The translations under genes and the position numbers were made by a program. Positions 9,802-20,011 of a stretch of DNA of 64,000 nucleotides are shown one piece after another (within the stretch, counting starts at the first letter, position 1; each line of letters begins with the position of its first letter). The notes beneath the pieces are model-generated. The model saw only the letters and a list, made by a program, of their open reading frames with translations. It did no database searches and was not told where the DNA came from. This DNA comes from a virus. The stretch lies in the IMG/VR virus record IMGVR_UViG_3300043410_001242. One strand, written 5' to 3'.

Positions 9802-10793
9802 TGGCAAATATTATACACAACGATGTAATACGAAAAATAATATTGGCATTTGGCAATTTATTTAGCCAAATACCTTTGGTTCGTTACAAAGATTCAGACA
9901 CCAACGAATTTGAAAGATTCATTGTATCTTTGATTTATGCACCAAAAGAACAATATGTGCATCGTTTAAATGATGATCCAAACTTGGATGCAAGAGTGCA
10001 AGTTGTTATACCATCACTCTCTTATGAAATGATGGGCATGTCATATGATCCGTCTAGGAAACAAATCACTAATATTAAAAATTTTAGTAGAACTGCTGAA
10101 GGTGTTTTCTCACAATATAATCCAGTACCGTATGATTTTGACATTGACCTACACCTATATTCCAGAACCTTCGAAGATGCTCATCAGGTTGTAGAACATA
10201 TAGTTTCTTACTTTACACCAGATTACACTATCAGAGTGAATCTTGTTCCAGCATTAGGTATAGTGAAAGAACTTCCTGTAATTTTAAAGTCAATTGACAG
10301 GGACGTTACCTATGAAGGTGATCGTGAAGATGGATCAAGAAGAATTATATTCTCATTTCACTTTACAGTCAAAGGATTTATTTTCGGAAAGATCACAGAT
10401 ACCTCCGATAAATTGATCACACATTCGATCACATCAATATACAACAAAATTGATACTCATGATGTGTTTAATTTTGCACTAGCCAATAATGTAACCACAG
10501 TGTATAAATCAAAAGAATTAGTATATCAAGGCGTTTCTGTTAATATGGCCACAGCAACAGGAAATGTTATTAAACATAACACTGCCAATAACATATTACA
10601 AATAACCAACATTTTTGGTGATTTTATACCATCGGAACCAATTAAGGGAGCAACATCTAAATCTTCATACTACTATTCATCAAGTTCACCATCTCCAGGA
10701 AAAATTTCACAAATTGACATCAGAGTCCAACCTGCCGGAGCCAATGTTAATAGTAATTGGACTGCAAACACAATAATAACAGAATTTGAATAA
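9801..10793 (+). CDS. gp15: Tail sheath stabiliser/completion protein gp15
   Basis: IRK...AFGNLFS, YAPKE, YDPSRK, PVPYD, QVVEHI..YFTP. Confidence 0.85.
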   Translation: MANIIHNDVIRKIILAFGNLFSQIPLVRYKDSDTNEFERFIVSLIYAPKEQYVHRLNDDPNLDARVQVVIPSLSYEMMGMSYDPSRKQITNIKNFSRTAEGVFSQYNPVPYDFDIDLHLYSRTFEDAHQVVEHIVSYFTPDYTIRVNLVPALGIVKELPVILKSIDRDVTYEGDREDGSRRIIFSFHFTVKGFIFGKITDTSDKLITHSITSIYNKIDTHDVFNFALANNVTTVYKSKELVYQGVSVNMATATGNVIKHNTANNILQITNIFGDFIPSEPIKGATSKSSYYYSSSSPSPGKISQIDIRVQPAGANVNSNWTANTIITEFE

Positions 10794-11244
10794 TGAGTAT
10801 ATCACTATGGGAAAATTTGAGAAATCAATGGAAGAAATTTTCGATCTGGAACCGTTCAACGGAAATCCAAATATAGATCAAGACAAACGGGTAACCGTCC
10901 TGCCACCAGAGGATAAGTCAAATATTGAGCTAGGACTCAAACAAGACCTATCCGATGCATACGAACAATCTAAAGACAATCTTCAAGAGTTGATTGATAA
11001 TGGTAAAGAAGCAATGGAAGAACTGTTGCAAATTGCCAAAGAAGGTCAACATCCAAGAGCTTATGAGGTCTATGGCACGTTATTGAAAAACATGGTCGAT
11101 GCCAATAAAGAACTCCTTGCAATACAAAAACAGATGCAAGAACTCACAGGACAAAAAAAGTCTGCCACCAACAATAAGATTGATAAAGCAATCTTTGTTG
11201 GAACCGCGGCAGACCTGAATAAATTACTGAAAGATGAATCATAA
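10786..11244 (+). CDS. gp16: Terminase small subunit gp16
   Basis: QHPRAYEV, AIFVGTAADL; synteny. Confidence 0.88.
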   Translation: MNNEYITMGKFEKSMEEIFDLEPFNGNPNIDQDKRVTVLPPEDKSNIELGLKQDLSDAYEQSKDNLQELIDNGKEAMEELLQIAKEGQHPRAYEVYGTLLKNMVDANKELLAIQKQMQELTGQKKSATNNKIDKAIFVGTAADLNKLLKDES

Positions 11245-11849
11245 TGGCAGATTGTAAAAAATATAAACACCATATTATACCCAAACATACTGGAGGAACC
11301 GATGACCCCTCTAATTTGGTGGAATTAACTCTAGAAGAACATGCGGAAGAACACCGTTTATTATATGAAAAATATAATCGATGGCAAGACTATGTTGCAT
11401 GGAGAGGTCTGACCAATTCCATTGGTAAAGAAGAAATTATCAAGTTAAAACAATCCTTGGCAACAAAAGGAAAAAAACAATCAAAAAAACATATTGAATT
11501 GCGTACATCCAAAATAAAAGGCGAGGGAAACGGAATGTACGGCAAAACCGGACAATTAAATCCAATGTTTGGTAAAACAGGACAAATATCTCCACATTAC
11601 GGAAAAAAACACAGCGATGAAACTTGTAGGAAAAAACGACTTTCATTAATTGGAAAATCATATGAAGAACTCCATGGTAAAGAGAGGTCGGAACAGATAA
11701 AAGAAAAACTGAGAAAACCCAAAACAGAAGATCACATACAAAAATTAAGAAAACCAAAACCAAAAGTTGTCACCAGAATATGTGATAAGAAAGTTATGAC
11801 TTTAGGTAATTTTATGAATTGGTATAAAAATGGCCGACTTGCACCCTAG
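11244..11849 (+). CDS. Free-standing HNH homing endonuclease with NUMOD3 repeats
   Basis: HHIIPKHTGGTDDPSNLVELTLEEHAEEH; GEGNGMYGK/NPMFGK/HYGKKHS repeats. Inserted between gp16 and gp17. Confidence 0.85.
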   Translation: MADCKKYKHHIIPKHTGGTDDPSNLVELTLEEHAEEHRLLYEKYNRWQDYVAWRGLTNSIGKEEIIKLKQSLATKGKKQSKKHIELRTSKIKGEGNGMYGKTGQLNPMFGKTGQISPHYGKKHSDETCRKKRLSLIGKSYEELHGKERSEQIKEKLRKPKTEDHIQKLRKPKPKVVTRICDKKVMTLGNFMNWYKNGRLAP

Positions 11850-13530
11850 TCAAAGTTACAGAGACAATCCACTACTCAAAAAAGCAGGTGTAAATACCAA
11901 CTACACCAAAACACAAGTTGAAGAGTATAAAAAGTGTGCTGCTGATCCAGTATACTTTGCAATGAACTATATGACCATCATCAACGTTGATGAAGGTCTT
12001 ATCAATTTTAAAATGTGGGAATTCCAGAAAGATATGTTGCGTATCTTTAAGGATAACCGTTTCGTAATCACCAAATGTCCTCGTCAGGTCGGAAAGACAA
12101 CAACCACTGTTGCGTATATGTTGTGGTTAACGTTGTTTCACAACGAACAAAACGTGGCCATTCTTGCTAACAAAGGACAGAATGCAAGAGACATTCTGGG
12201 TAAATATCAACTTGCATATGAAAATCTACCAGACTGGTTGCAACAAGGCGTTGTGACCTGGAACAAAGGTATGGTAGAACTCGAAAACAAATCAAAAATT
12301 ATTGCTGCATCCACCTCATCAGCTGCAATTCGTGGTGGTTCATTCAACCTAGTATTCTTGGACGAATTCGCATTCGTACCGACAAATATTGCAAATGAAT
12401 TCTTCACATCTGTCTATCCTGTAATTTCATCCGGCAAAAAGACTAAGATCATTATCGTTTCGACACCAAACGGTATGAATCTGTTCTATAAGTTGTGGCA
12501 GGATGCAATTGAGAAAAAGAGCAATTATACTCCTTTCGAAATTCATTGGTCTATGGTTCCCGGAAGAGATGAGGCCTGGAAAGAAGAAACGATAAGAAAC
12601 ACATCAGAAAGACAGTTTGCACAGGAATTTGAAACCCACTTTTTAGGAAGTTCAAACACATTGATATCTGGACATAAACTCCAGATGATGCACTATCATA
12701 ATCCAGTCTCGATACACGATCACTTAAACATCTATGAGTATCCAGTCAAAGCAGATGGAGATGAAATAAAAAAAGACCATCTGTATTGCATCACAGTAGA
12801 TCCATCAGAAGGCAGAAATCTGGACTCATGTGCATTCAGTGTTGTAGACATATCCACCACTCCATACAAACAGGTTGCAACATACAAAGATCCGTTGGTA
12901 CACATCATGTTGTTTCCAACTATGATCTACAATGCGGCAAGATTATATAATGATGCATATATTTTGGTTGAAATAAATAATAATCCACAAATTGCAGATG
13001 TATTACACAATGAATTGGAATACGAAAACCTTCTAAAAGTATTTACTGGTAATAAAAAGCCACAACAACTTTCTGCCGGTTTTGCAAGAGGTATTCAGAT
13101 GGGACTAAAAATGTCACCTCAAGCAAAAAGAATAGGTTGTTCGAACCTAAAAACTTTGATTGAAAGTGACAAATTGGTCATTAATGATTTTGACACCTAT
13201 TCAGAATTAACAACATTTGTGGCGAACAAAAATTCATTTGCGGCCGAAGAAGGCTCAAATGACGATCTCGTTATGACTCTAGTAATATTCGCATGGGCAT
13301 CCACACAAAAATATTTTAGAGAAATCGTCAGTCATGATCTTAGAAAACAACTACAATTAGAAAATCTTAATCAACTTGACGAAGAACTTTTACCGGCACC
13401 AATTATTGATGATGGATTAAATGAACAGTTTGAATTTATTGATGGAGATTTCTGGGAATCAGCAATACCGAATCAAAACAATATATCATCACATTGGCAG
13501 TTTTCGGGAAATAAGTTATTGAGAATGTAA
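11830..13530 (+). CDS. gp17: Terminase large subunit gp17
   Basis: Walker A PRQVGKTT, LDEFAF, STPNG, nuclease DDLVM. Confidence 0.96.
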   Translation: MADLHPSQSYRDNPLLKKAGVNTNYTKTQVEEYKKCAADPVYFAMNYMTIINVDEGLINFKMWEFQKDMLRIFKDNRFVITKCPRQVGKTTTTVAYMLWLTLFHNEQNVAILANKGQNARDILGKYQLAYENLPDWLQQGVVTWNKGMVELENKSKIIAASTSSAAIRGGSFNLVFLDEFAFVPTNIANEFFTSVYPVISSGKKTKIIIVSTPNGMNLFYKLWQDAIEKKSNYTPFEIHWSMVPGRDEAWKEETIRNTSERQFAQEFETHFLGSSNTLISGHKLQMMHYHNPVSIHDHLNIYEYPVKADGDEIKKDHLYCITVDPSEGRNLDSCAFSVVDISTTPYKQVATYKDPLVHIMLFPTMIYNAARLYNDAYILVEINNNPQIADVLHNELEYENLLKVFTGNKKPQQLSAGFARGIQMGLKMSPQAKRIGCSNLKTLIESDKLVINDFDTYSELTTFVANKNSFAAEEGSNDDLVMTLVIFAWASTQKYFREIVSHDLRKQLQLENLNQLDEELLPAPIIDDGLNEQFEFIDGDFWESAIPNQNNISSHWQFSGNKLLRM

Positions 13531-13599
13531 ATTCACCATAAGATAAATATCGTTATGGTATTATATTACCAGAAGAACTTAATATTTTAGGAGATTAAA

Positions 13600-15288
13600 A
13601 TGGGATTTCAACTTTCTCCCGGCGTAAGTGTATCTGAGATCGACCTAACGACTGTCGTTCCTTCAGTGTTAACTACCGCTGGTGCATTCGCTGGAAATTT
13701 CCAGTGGGGACCAGTAAACCAAGTCGTTTTGATTGATAGTGAAATCAATCTGGCCAAGACATTCGGTGCACCAAATTCAAATACTGCAATTTCATTCTTC
13801 ACATCAGCAAACTTCTTAGCATACGGAAACAACCTGAGTGTTGTTCGTGCAGTTGGCGCTAATGCTAAAAATGCAACTGCAAATACTAATGCACCTATTC
13901 GCATTAATAGTAGTGATGACTATCAGTACACATACATGAGTGTTGACAACAACAATGTATATGGTGCTTTTGCCGCTAGATATCCAGGTTACATGGGCAA
14001 TTCTTTGGGTGTTTCTGTGTGTGACAACTCAACAGATTTTGCTACCTGGAACTATAAAGGTTATTTCCCAAGTGCTCCAGGAACATCAGACTATGTTGCA
14101 GCAGTAAGTGGTTCGCGTGATGAAATGCACGTTGTTGTTTATGACAATCTCGGCCTTTTCACGGGCAGTGCTGGTCAGGTTCTAGAAACCTTCCCATATG
14201 TCTCTAAGGCATCTGATGCAAACATTAACGGCGAATCAAATTACTACAAACAAGTAATTTTCCAAAAATCAAAGTATATCTTTGTAATGGATCCTGTTGA
14301 TTATGCAAACACCAAGACAACTTGGGGAAGAACTGCAACAACCACGTTCGACATTTTAAGTGGCAACAAAACCATGGCTCTTCTCAATGCAGTAGAAGAT
14401 CAACCAAGTGATGGAAATATACAGACCGCATATTCTTTATTCGCGAATAAAGAAACTTATGACATTTCACTGGTACTGACCGGTGGAGCCAACACAACTG
14501 TACAACAGTATGTTATTGATAACATTGCGAATTCTAGAAAGGACTGTGTTGCATTCTTGTCTCCTCCTGCAAGTGCGGTTGTTAACAATGCATCTAATGA
14601 AACGTCTTCAATTCAATCATGGTTAACTGCATTAGCAAGATCATCTTCTTATGCTGTTGCTGACTCTGGTTGGAAGTATCAATATGATGTTTACAACAAC
14701 ACCTATCGTTGGATTCCTCTGAATGGTGATATTGCTGGTCTGTGTGTTAACACCGACAACGTAAGAGATCCTTGGTACTCACCTGCTGGTTTCAACAGAG
14801 GTGCAATCAAGAATGCAATCAAGCTTGCATGGAACCCATCAAAGACATACAGAGACACGCTGTTCTCTGCTGGTGTTAACCCAGTGGTTTCATTCCCAGG
14901 TCAAGGTATTGTATTGTTTGGTGACAAGACTCTACAGAGTAAACCATCAGCATTCGACCACATCAACGTTCGCAGACTGTTTATTGTTCTTGAAAAGGCG
15001 ATTTCTAATGCGGCACAATACTCTCTGTTCGAATTCAATGACGAATTCACCAGAGCGCAGTTTGTTGCTCTTGTAACTCCTTTCTTGCGTGATGTACAGG
15101 GTCGCCGCGGTATCACTGACTTTAAGGTTATTTGTGATACAACCAACAACACTGCACAGGTTATTGATAGTAACCAGTTTGTTGGTGACATTTACATTAA
15201 ACCTGCGCGTTCTATCAACTATATTCAGTTGAACTTTATCGCTGTTGGTTCTGGTGTAGAATTTACAACTGTCGTTGGTGCTGCTTAA
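13600..15288 (+). CDS. gp18: Tail sheath protein gp18
   Basis: SPGVSVSEID, WGPV, WYSPAGFNRG, FDHINVRRLF, IYIKPARSIN. Confidence 0.96.
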   Translation: MGFQLSPGVSVSEIDLTTVVPSVLTTAGAFAGNFQWGPVNQVVLIDSEINLAKTFGAPNSNTAISFFTSANFLAYGNNLSVVRAVGANAKNATANTNAPIRINSSDDYQYTYMSVDNNNVYGAFAARYPGYMGNSLGVSVCDNSTDFATWNYKGYFPSAPGTSDYVAAVSGSRDEMHVVVYDNLGLFTGSAGQVLETFPYVSKASDANINGESNYYKQVIFQKSKYIFVMDPVDYANTKTTWGRTATTTFDILSGNKTMALLNAVEDQPSDGNIQTAYSLFANKETYDISLVLTGGANTTVQQYVIDNIANSRKDCVAFLSPPASAVVNNASNETSSIQSWLTALARSSSYAVADSGWKYQYDVYNNTYRWIPLNGDIAGLCVNTDNVRDPWYSPAGFNRGAIKNAIKLAWNPSKTYRDTLFSAGVNPVVSFPGQGIVLFGDKTLQSKPSAFDHINVRRLFIVLEKAISNAAQYSLFEFNDEFTRAQFVALVTPFLRDVQGRRGITDFKVICDTTNNTAQVIDSNQFVGDIYIKPARSINYIQLNFIAVGSGVEFTTVVGAA

Positions 15289-15315
15289 TAAATATAAGAA
15301 TAATAGGAGATAAAA

Positions 15316-15858
15316 ATGGCATTTAACGTAACAGAATTTAGATCAAACATGGTTGGTGACGGTGCCCGTCCCAACCTGTTCAATGTGACACTAATTCTAC
15401 CATCATTTGTAAATAGAAGCTCCGACTCTAGCAAACAAATTTCGTTTATGGCCAAAGCAGCGCAGTTACCAGGTTCGTCCGTAGGTACTGTGCCGGTTTA
15501 CTACTTTGGTCGTGAAATGAAATTTGCTGGGAACAGAACTTTCGCCGACTGGACATTACAGATTATCAATGACGAAAATTTCTTAATCAGAAATTCTCTG
15601 GAAAATTGGTTAAACAGTATCAACAGTCACGAAGGCAACATACGTTCAGCTAATAGTCTTGCACCAGTTAACTATTCTATTGATGCTAAGGTAACTCAAT
15701 ATGGCAAATCTGGAAACATACTAAAAGAATACAAATTCGTAGGAATGTTCCCTATCGATGTTGCTCCTATTGATCTGGATTGGGGTTCAAACGACACCAT
15801 TGAAGAATATTCAACAACGTTTGCATACCAATACTGGACAGCAGAAACAACCAACTAA
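15316..15858 (+). CDS. gp19: Tail tube protein gp19
   Basis: GARPNLF, AAQLPGS, GNRTFADW, EEYSTTFAYQYW. Confidence 0.95.
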   Translation: MAFNVTEFRSNMVGDGARPNLFNVTLILPSFVNRSSDSSKQISFMAKAAQLPGSSVGTVPVYYFGREMKFAGNRTFADWTLQIINDENFLIRNSLENWLNSINSHEGNIRSANSLAPVNYSIDAKVTQYGKSGNILKEYKFVGMFPIDVAPIDLDWGSNDTIEEYSTTFAYQYWTAETTN

Positions 15859-15870
15859 TAATGTTTGATA

Positions 15871-15896
15871 AGGAGGGCTTCGGCCCTCCTATTTTT
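15871..15896 (+). terminator. Intrinsic terminator (cUUCGg loop)
   Basis: AGGAGGGC-TTCG-GCCCTCCT followed by ATTTTT. Confidence 0.85.
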
Positions 15897-15910
15897 GAAA
15901 AAAGGAAAAC

Positions 15911-17680
15911 ATGGCAACATTAAACAAATTCTCACTTTTCGGTTTCACTATTGCTCGCAATAAGGCCGAACAAGACCAAATTGCCCAACAGTCATTCACA
16001 CCACCTCAAAATGATGATGGTGCGCTTACTATCACTTCAGCGGCATACTATGGCACATATGTTGACCTAGATGGAACCGCAAAAAATGAGGTTGAACTCA
16101 TTTCTCGTTATCGCGAAATGGCAATGCAACCAGAAATTGAATCCGCTATTGATGACATTGTAAATGAAGCCATTTGTCAAGACGATGATGGAACAACTAT
16201 CAAAATTGTACTGGACAAACTAAATCAACCAGACAAAATCAAAGAAGCCATCAAAAAAGAATTCAGCACTATCTTGAAACTGTTGAACTACAACAACATG
16301 TGTCAAGATATTTTCAGAAGATACTACGTTGACGGTAGACTCTTCTATCATATTATCATAGACAGAGAAAACCCTGTCTTAGGAATCAAAGAACTTCGGT
16401 ATGTCGATCCTAGAAAACTCAGAAAAGTAAGAGAGGTTAAAAAAAGGAAAGATGAAAGAACCGGAGTCGAAATTATGGATGTGGTTAACGAATACTACAT
16501 CTATAACGATAAGGTGGTTACAGGATCATCTTCCAACTATGGCCCCGTGGGTGTACGAATTACTACCGATTCTGTTGTCGCTGTTGTATCCGGTCTTATG
16601 GATTCTAGGCGCGCTGTGGTACTTTCATACCTCCATAAAGCAATTAAACCACTGAACCAGTTGCGTATGATTGAAGATGCGACAGTTATCTATCGTATCT
16701 CTCGCGCACCAGAAAGACGTATTTTCTACATCGATGTAGGCAACTTACCAAAACAAAAAGCAGAACAATACCTTCGTGATATCATGGTCAAGTACAAAAA
16801 TAAACTTGTCTATGATGCAAACACAGGTGAAGTTAGAGATGACCGTAAGTTCATGTCTATGATGGAAGACTTTTGGTTGCCTCGTAGAGAAGGCGGTAAG
16901 GGTACAGAAATCTCCACACTCCCAGGCGGTCAAAACCTAGGAGAACTGGAAGATGTGAAATACTTTGAAAAGAAACTGTACAAATCACTAAACGTTCCTA
17001 TTTCTCGTTTGGAACCTAATCAGGGGTTCTCTATTGGTCGTGTTGCAGAAGTCACTAGAGATGAATTAAAGTTCTCCAAGTTCGTAGACAGACTTCGTAA
17101 TAAGTTTGCAGACTTGTTTGATCAGGCTTTGAGAGTACAGTGTGTTCTTAAAGGCATCTGCACAAACGAAGAATGGAATGAATTTAAAGAAAACATCTAT
17201 TACGATTTCATTCAAGACAACAACTTCACTGAACTAAAAGAAGCGGAGTTGATGAAAGAAAGACTTGCTCTTCTTGGTGCAGTCGATCCTTATACTGGTC
17301 GTTACTATTCACAGGCTTGGATTCAACGCAACGTTCTACGCATGACTGATGATGAAATCAAAGACATGCAAAAGGAGATCGACAAAGAAAAGAAAGATGG
17401 TTTAGGATTACCCACAGAAGTTATGTCAAATGTGGCACAACAACAAATGATGGGTGATATACAGAATGACCAACAAATGCAGATGATGAAAGCACAGGCA
17501 AAAATGATGCCCCCCGAACCATCAGCAAGTGAGTCGCAACCGAAATCCCCAAATGGTGGTTCCGATACAAAAAAGAAACCACAGCCAAAGAAAACTGATG
17601 ATAGACCAAACAGAATCAATTATCCAGATGTACAAGTAGAGGATGATACTGGTTTTAACAAACTAAAGAAGTTACTATAA
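15911..17680 (+). CDS. gp20: Portal vertex protein gp20
   Basis: YRISRAPERRIFYIDVGNLP, EDFWLPRREGGKGTEISTLPGG. Confidence 0.97.
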   Translation: MATLNKFSLFGFTIARNKAEQDQIAQQSFTPPQNDDGALTITSAAYYGTYVDLDGTAKNEVELISRYREMAMQPEIESAIDDIVNEAICQDDDGTTIKIVLDKLNQPDKIKEAIKKEFSTILKLLNYNNMCQDIFRRYYVDGRLFYHIIIDRENPVLGIKELRYVDPRKLRKVREVKKRKDERTGVEIMDVVNEYYIYNDKVVTGSSSNYGPVGVRITTDSVVAVVSGLMDSRRAVVLSYLHKAIKPLNQLRMIEDATVIYRISRAPERRIFYIDVGNLPKQKAEQYLRDIMVKYKNKLVYDANTGEVRDDRKFMSMMEDFWLPRREGGKGTEISTLPGGQNLGELEDVKYFEKKLYKSLNVPISRLEPNQGFSIGRVAEVTRDELKFSKFVDRLRNKFADLFDQALRVQCVLKGICTNEEWNEFKENIYYDFIQDNNFTELKEAELMKERLALLGAVDPYTGRYYSQAWIQRNVLRMTDDEIKDMQKEIDKEKKDGLGLPTEVMSNVAQQQMMGDIQNDQQMQMMKAQAKMMPPEPSASESQPKSPNGGSDTKKKPQPKKTDDRPNRINYPDVQVEDDTGFNKLKKLL

Positions 17681-17683
17681 ATA
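17676..17683 (+). promoter_or_regulatory. T4-type late promoter TATAAATA
   Basis: Exact gp55-dependent consensus upstream of prohead core genes. Confidence 0.7.
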
Positions 17684-17713
17684 ATAACTATAAACACTTT
17701 TTGGAGATAAGAA

Positions 17714-18166
17714 ATGTCTAATACGAAGGCCTTTATTGATTATACACTGGATGATAATGGCAGTTCAGCCCGTGAAGCACTATATTCTGAAATTCACAAC
17801 AGAGTTATGGCACACATCGAAGCCAAGAAAATTGAACTTGCTGGTGGAATGTTGACCAGAGAAGAATCACATTGTGATATGGACGATAAAGAAGAAAAGA
17901 TTGCAAAGAAAGAAAAGAAAATTGCTAAATTGAAAGAAGAACTTGCAATTATGGAAGCGTCCATGTGTGATTCTGAAGATGACGATGATGACTCTGAGTA
18001 TCAGGAAAAGAAAAAGAAGTTAAAGAAGGCAGAAAAGAAACTCAAGAAGTTAAAAGAATCCTTAGAACTGTCTGAGTCTGGCGGTGACGAAATTGATGAG
18101 AATGGTGATTGGTCTGAAGAACCAGATGAAGATGATGACGAATTGGAAGTTTCTGAAGAACAGTAA
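17714..18166 (+). CDS. Prohead core protein (gp67-like), acidic/lysine-rich
   Basis: Position after gp20; E/D/K-rich composition. Confidence 0.5.
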   Translation: MSNTKAFIDYTLDDNGSSAREALYSEIHNRVMAHIEAKKIELAGGMLTREESHCDMDDKEEKIAKKEKKIAKLKEELAIMEASMCDSEDDDDDSEYQEKKKKLKKAEKKLKKLKESLELSESGGDEIDENGDWSEEPDEDDDELEVSEEQ

Positions 18167-18387
18167 TGAAAACCTTTAGTCAATTCATGAATTCATTGGA
18201 GGAGTCCAGAGACACTATGGACCCTCCAAACATACTAATCATGAAAAGGAAGTCAATAAGACAATATTCAAACGGACAAAGAGTTGCATTGTATTTTGTT
18301 GATAAGGTTAATAAATATGTAACAGTACCATACACAGCATATCAATGGAGCTCTTCTCCGGCTGTTGAGGAAGAAACAGAAAAATAA
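18166..18387 (+). CDS. Small head-associated hypothetical protein
   Basis: N-term MKTFSQF...EE resembles the T4 capsid-targeting sequence. Confidence 0.55.
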   Translation: MKTFSQFMNSLEESRDTMDPPNILIMKRKSIRQYSNGQRVALYFVDKVNKYVTVPYTAYQWSSSPAVEEETEK

Positions 18388-18398
18388 AAGGTTAAAAA

Positions 18399-18938
18399 AT
18401 GGCAAATCAATTTACATATCAAATATTAAAAGACACCAACCAGAAGGCAGTAATCAAACTTACTGGTTTCTTTGATGGTGCTTCAGGTGATGAATCTAAT
18501 GTTGCCAGAATCTCAGCAAACACACTATATGGTGCATTGGACGCCAACAGTGTTCCACTAAGGTCGTCTTCTAGTGTCAGTAATACTGCACTTTCTTATT
18601 ACGGACTTTCTGTTGAAAAGATTTGGTTCGAAGCAAACTTCGCAGGAACTGGTCACGCAAGACTCTTCTGGAATGCGACCACACCAAAAACAATTATTGG
18701 TGTAACGGGTCAGGGTGTTGGTGTATACAATGACAATGGAAATTGGATTACAATTCCAAACAATGCAGCCGGAACTGCTGGTTGCAACGGCGACATTGGT
18801 ATTCAAACCTACGGTGTAACTGCAAACGCAACATACAATATTATTATGGAATTGCGTAAGGACAATGGTTATTTTGACCGCGGTCAATTTGAAGATCCTG
18901 CTGCATTCAATTTCGGTGTATATTCCATTAAACCCTAA
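18399..18938 (+). CDS. Hypothetical virion protein
   Basis: 179-aa beta-rich ORF within the head gene block. Confidence 0.55.
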   Translation: MANQFTYQILKDTNQKAVIKLTGFFDGASGDESNVARISANTLYGALDANSVPLRSSSSVSNTALSYYGLSVEKIWFEANFAGTGHARLFWNATTPKTIIGVTGQGVGVYNDNGNWITIPNNAAGTAGCNGDIGIQTYGVTANATYNIIMELRKDNGYFDRGQFEDPAAFNFGVYSIKP

Positions 18939-19330
18939 TGAATGACATTATAGAAAATATCCTGGCAGAAAACTTTTTAAAAGCCAAGGAGATTTTTAAT
19001 ATAGAAATGGATAAACTGGTTGAAGACAAACTCAACCAGTTATATCAATCTATGTCAAATGAAATGTTTGAGTCACATAATGTACAGAAATTGGGAAGAA
19101 TAAGACTCGTTAGAGCAAGAGTAAGACAAGGAAAAATACAAAGACGAAAAAAATTATCAAATGTCCCAGGATATACAATCAGACAAGGACATATGGTAAG
19201 AATGTCTTCACAGGAAAGACAACATAGAAAGTTGGCAGCAAGAAGGTCTAAACCACAAAGAAAAGCACACTTACGCCAAGCATTAATAAAAAGAAGAATT
19301 TCTTTAAGAAAACGAAGAGCAAACGTATGA
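18938..19330 (+). CDS. Prohead core protein (gp68-like), Arg-rich C-terminus
   Basis: Immediately upstream of gp21; basic C-term RARVRQGKIQRRKK. Confidence 0.55.
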   Translation: MNDIIENILAENFLKAKEIFNIEMDKLVEDKLNQLYQSMSNEMFESHNVQKLGRIRLVRARVRQGKIQRRKKLSNVPGYTIRQGHMVRMSSQERQHRKLAARRSKPQRKAHLRQALIKRRISLRKRRANV

Positions 19331-19971
19331 AACTCATTACCGAATTAACAGAAACAGTCAGTTACTTAACTGAAGACCAAAACGGTGTAAAGTCACTTTT
19401 CATTGAAGGTCCTTTCTTAGTAACCGAAAGAAAAAATCGTAACGGTCGCATGTATAAAGAAGAAACCATGCGTAAAGAAGTACACCGTTACACAGAAGAA
19501 TATATAAATAAAAATCGTGCCTTTGGTGAACTAGGTCACCCAGATACACCATCAATCAATCTAGATAGAGTCTCACACATGATCGTGTCTCTCCGTCAAG
19601 AAGGAAACGATTGGATAGGCAAAGCTAAAATTCTTGAAACACCTATGGGTAGTATTGCAAAGAATCTTATCGAAGGTGGCGCACAACTTGGTGTGTCCTC
19701 TAGAGGTATGGGGTCTTTAAAGAATATCAACGGGGTAAATATTGTTCAAGATGACTTCTATCTGGCCACAGCGGCGGATATTGTAGCAGATCCTTCTGCA
19801 CCTGGTGCTTTTGTACAAGGTATTATGGAAGGAAAAGAATGGATGTTGGTGAACGGTGTTTGGGCCGAAGTCGATTATGAAAATGCTCGTAAACAATTAA
19901 GACAAGCATCCAGAAAAGAAATTGAAGAAGTTGGCCTAAAAATCTTCGAAAACTTCATTAGAAAACTTTAA
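19327..19971 (+). CDS. gp21: Prohead protease gp21
   Basis: NRNGRMY, GELGHP, LGVSSRGMGS, DIVADPSAPGA. Confidence 0.96.
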   Translation: MKLITELTETVSYLTEDQNGVKSLFIEGPFLVTERKNRNGRMYKEETMRKEVHRYTEEYINKNRAFGELGHPDTPSINLDRVSHMIVSLRQEGNDWIGKAKILETPMGSIAKNLIEGGAQLGVSSRGMGSLKNINGVNIVQDDFYLATAADIVADPSAPGAFVQGIMEGKEWMLVNGVWAEVDYENARKQLRQASRKEIEEVGLKIFENFIRKL

Positions 19972-19973
19972 AA

Positions 19974-19981
19974 TATAAATA
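19974..19981 (+). promoter_or_regulatory. T4-type late promoter TATAAATA
   Basis: Consensus upstream of gp22. Confidence 0.75.
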
Positions 19982-20011
19982 TCCAGTATAAAAAATCAAG
20001 GAGATTTTCAA

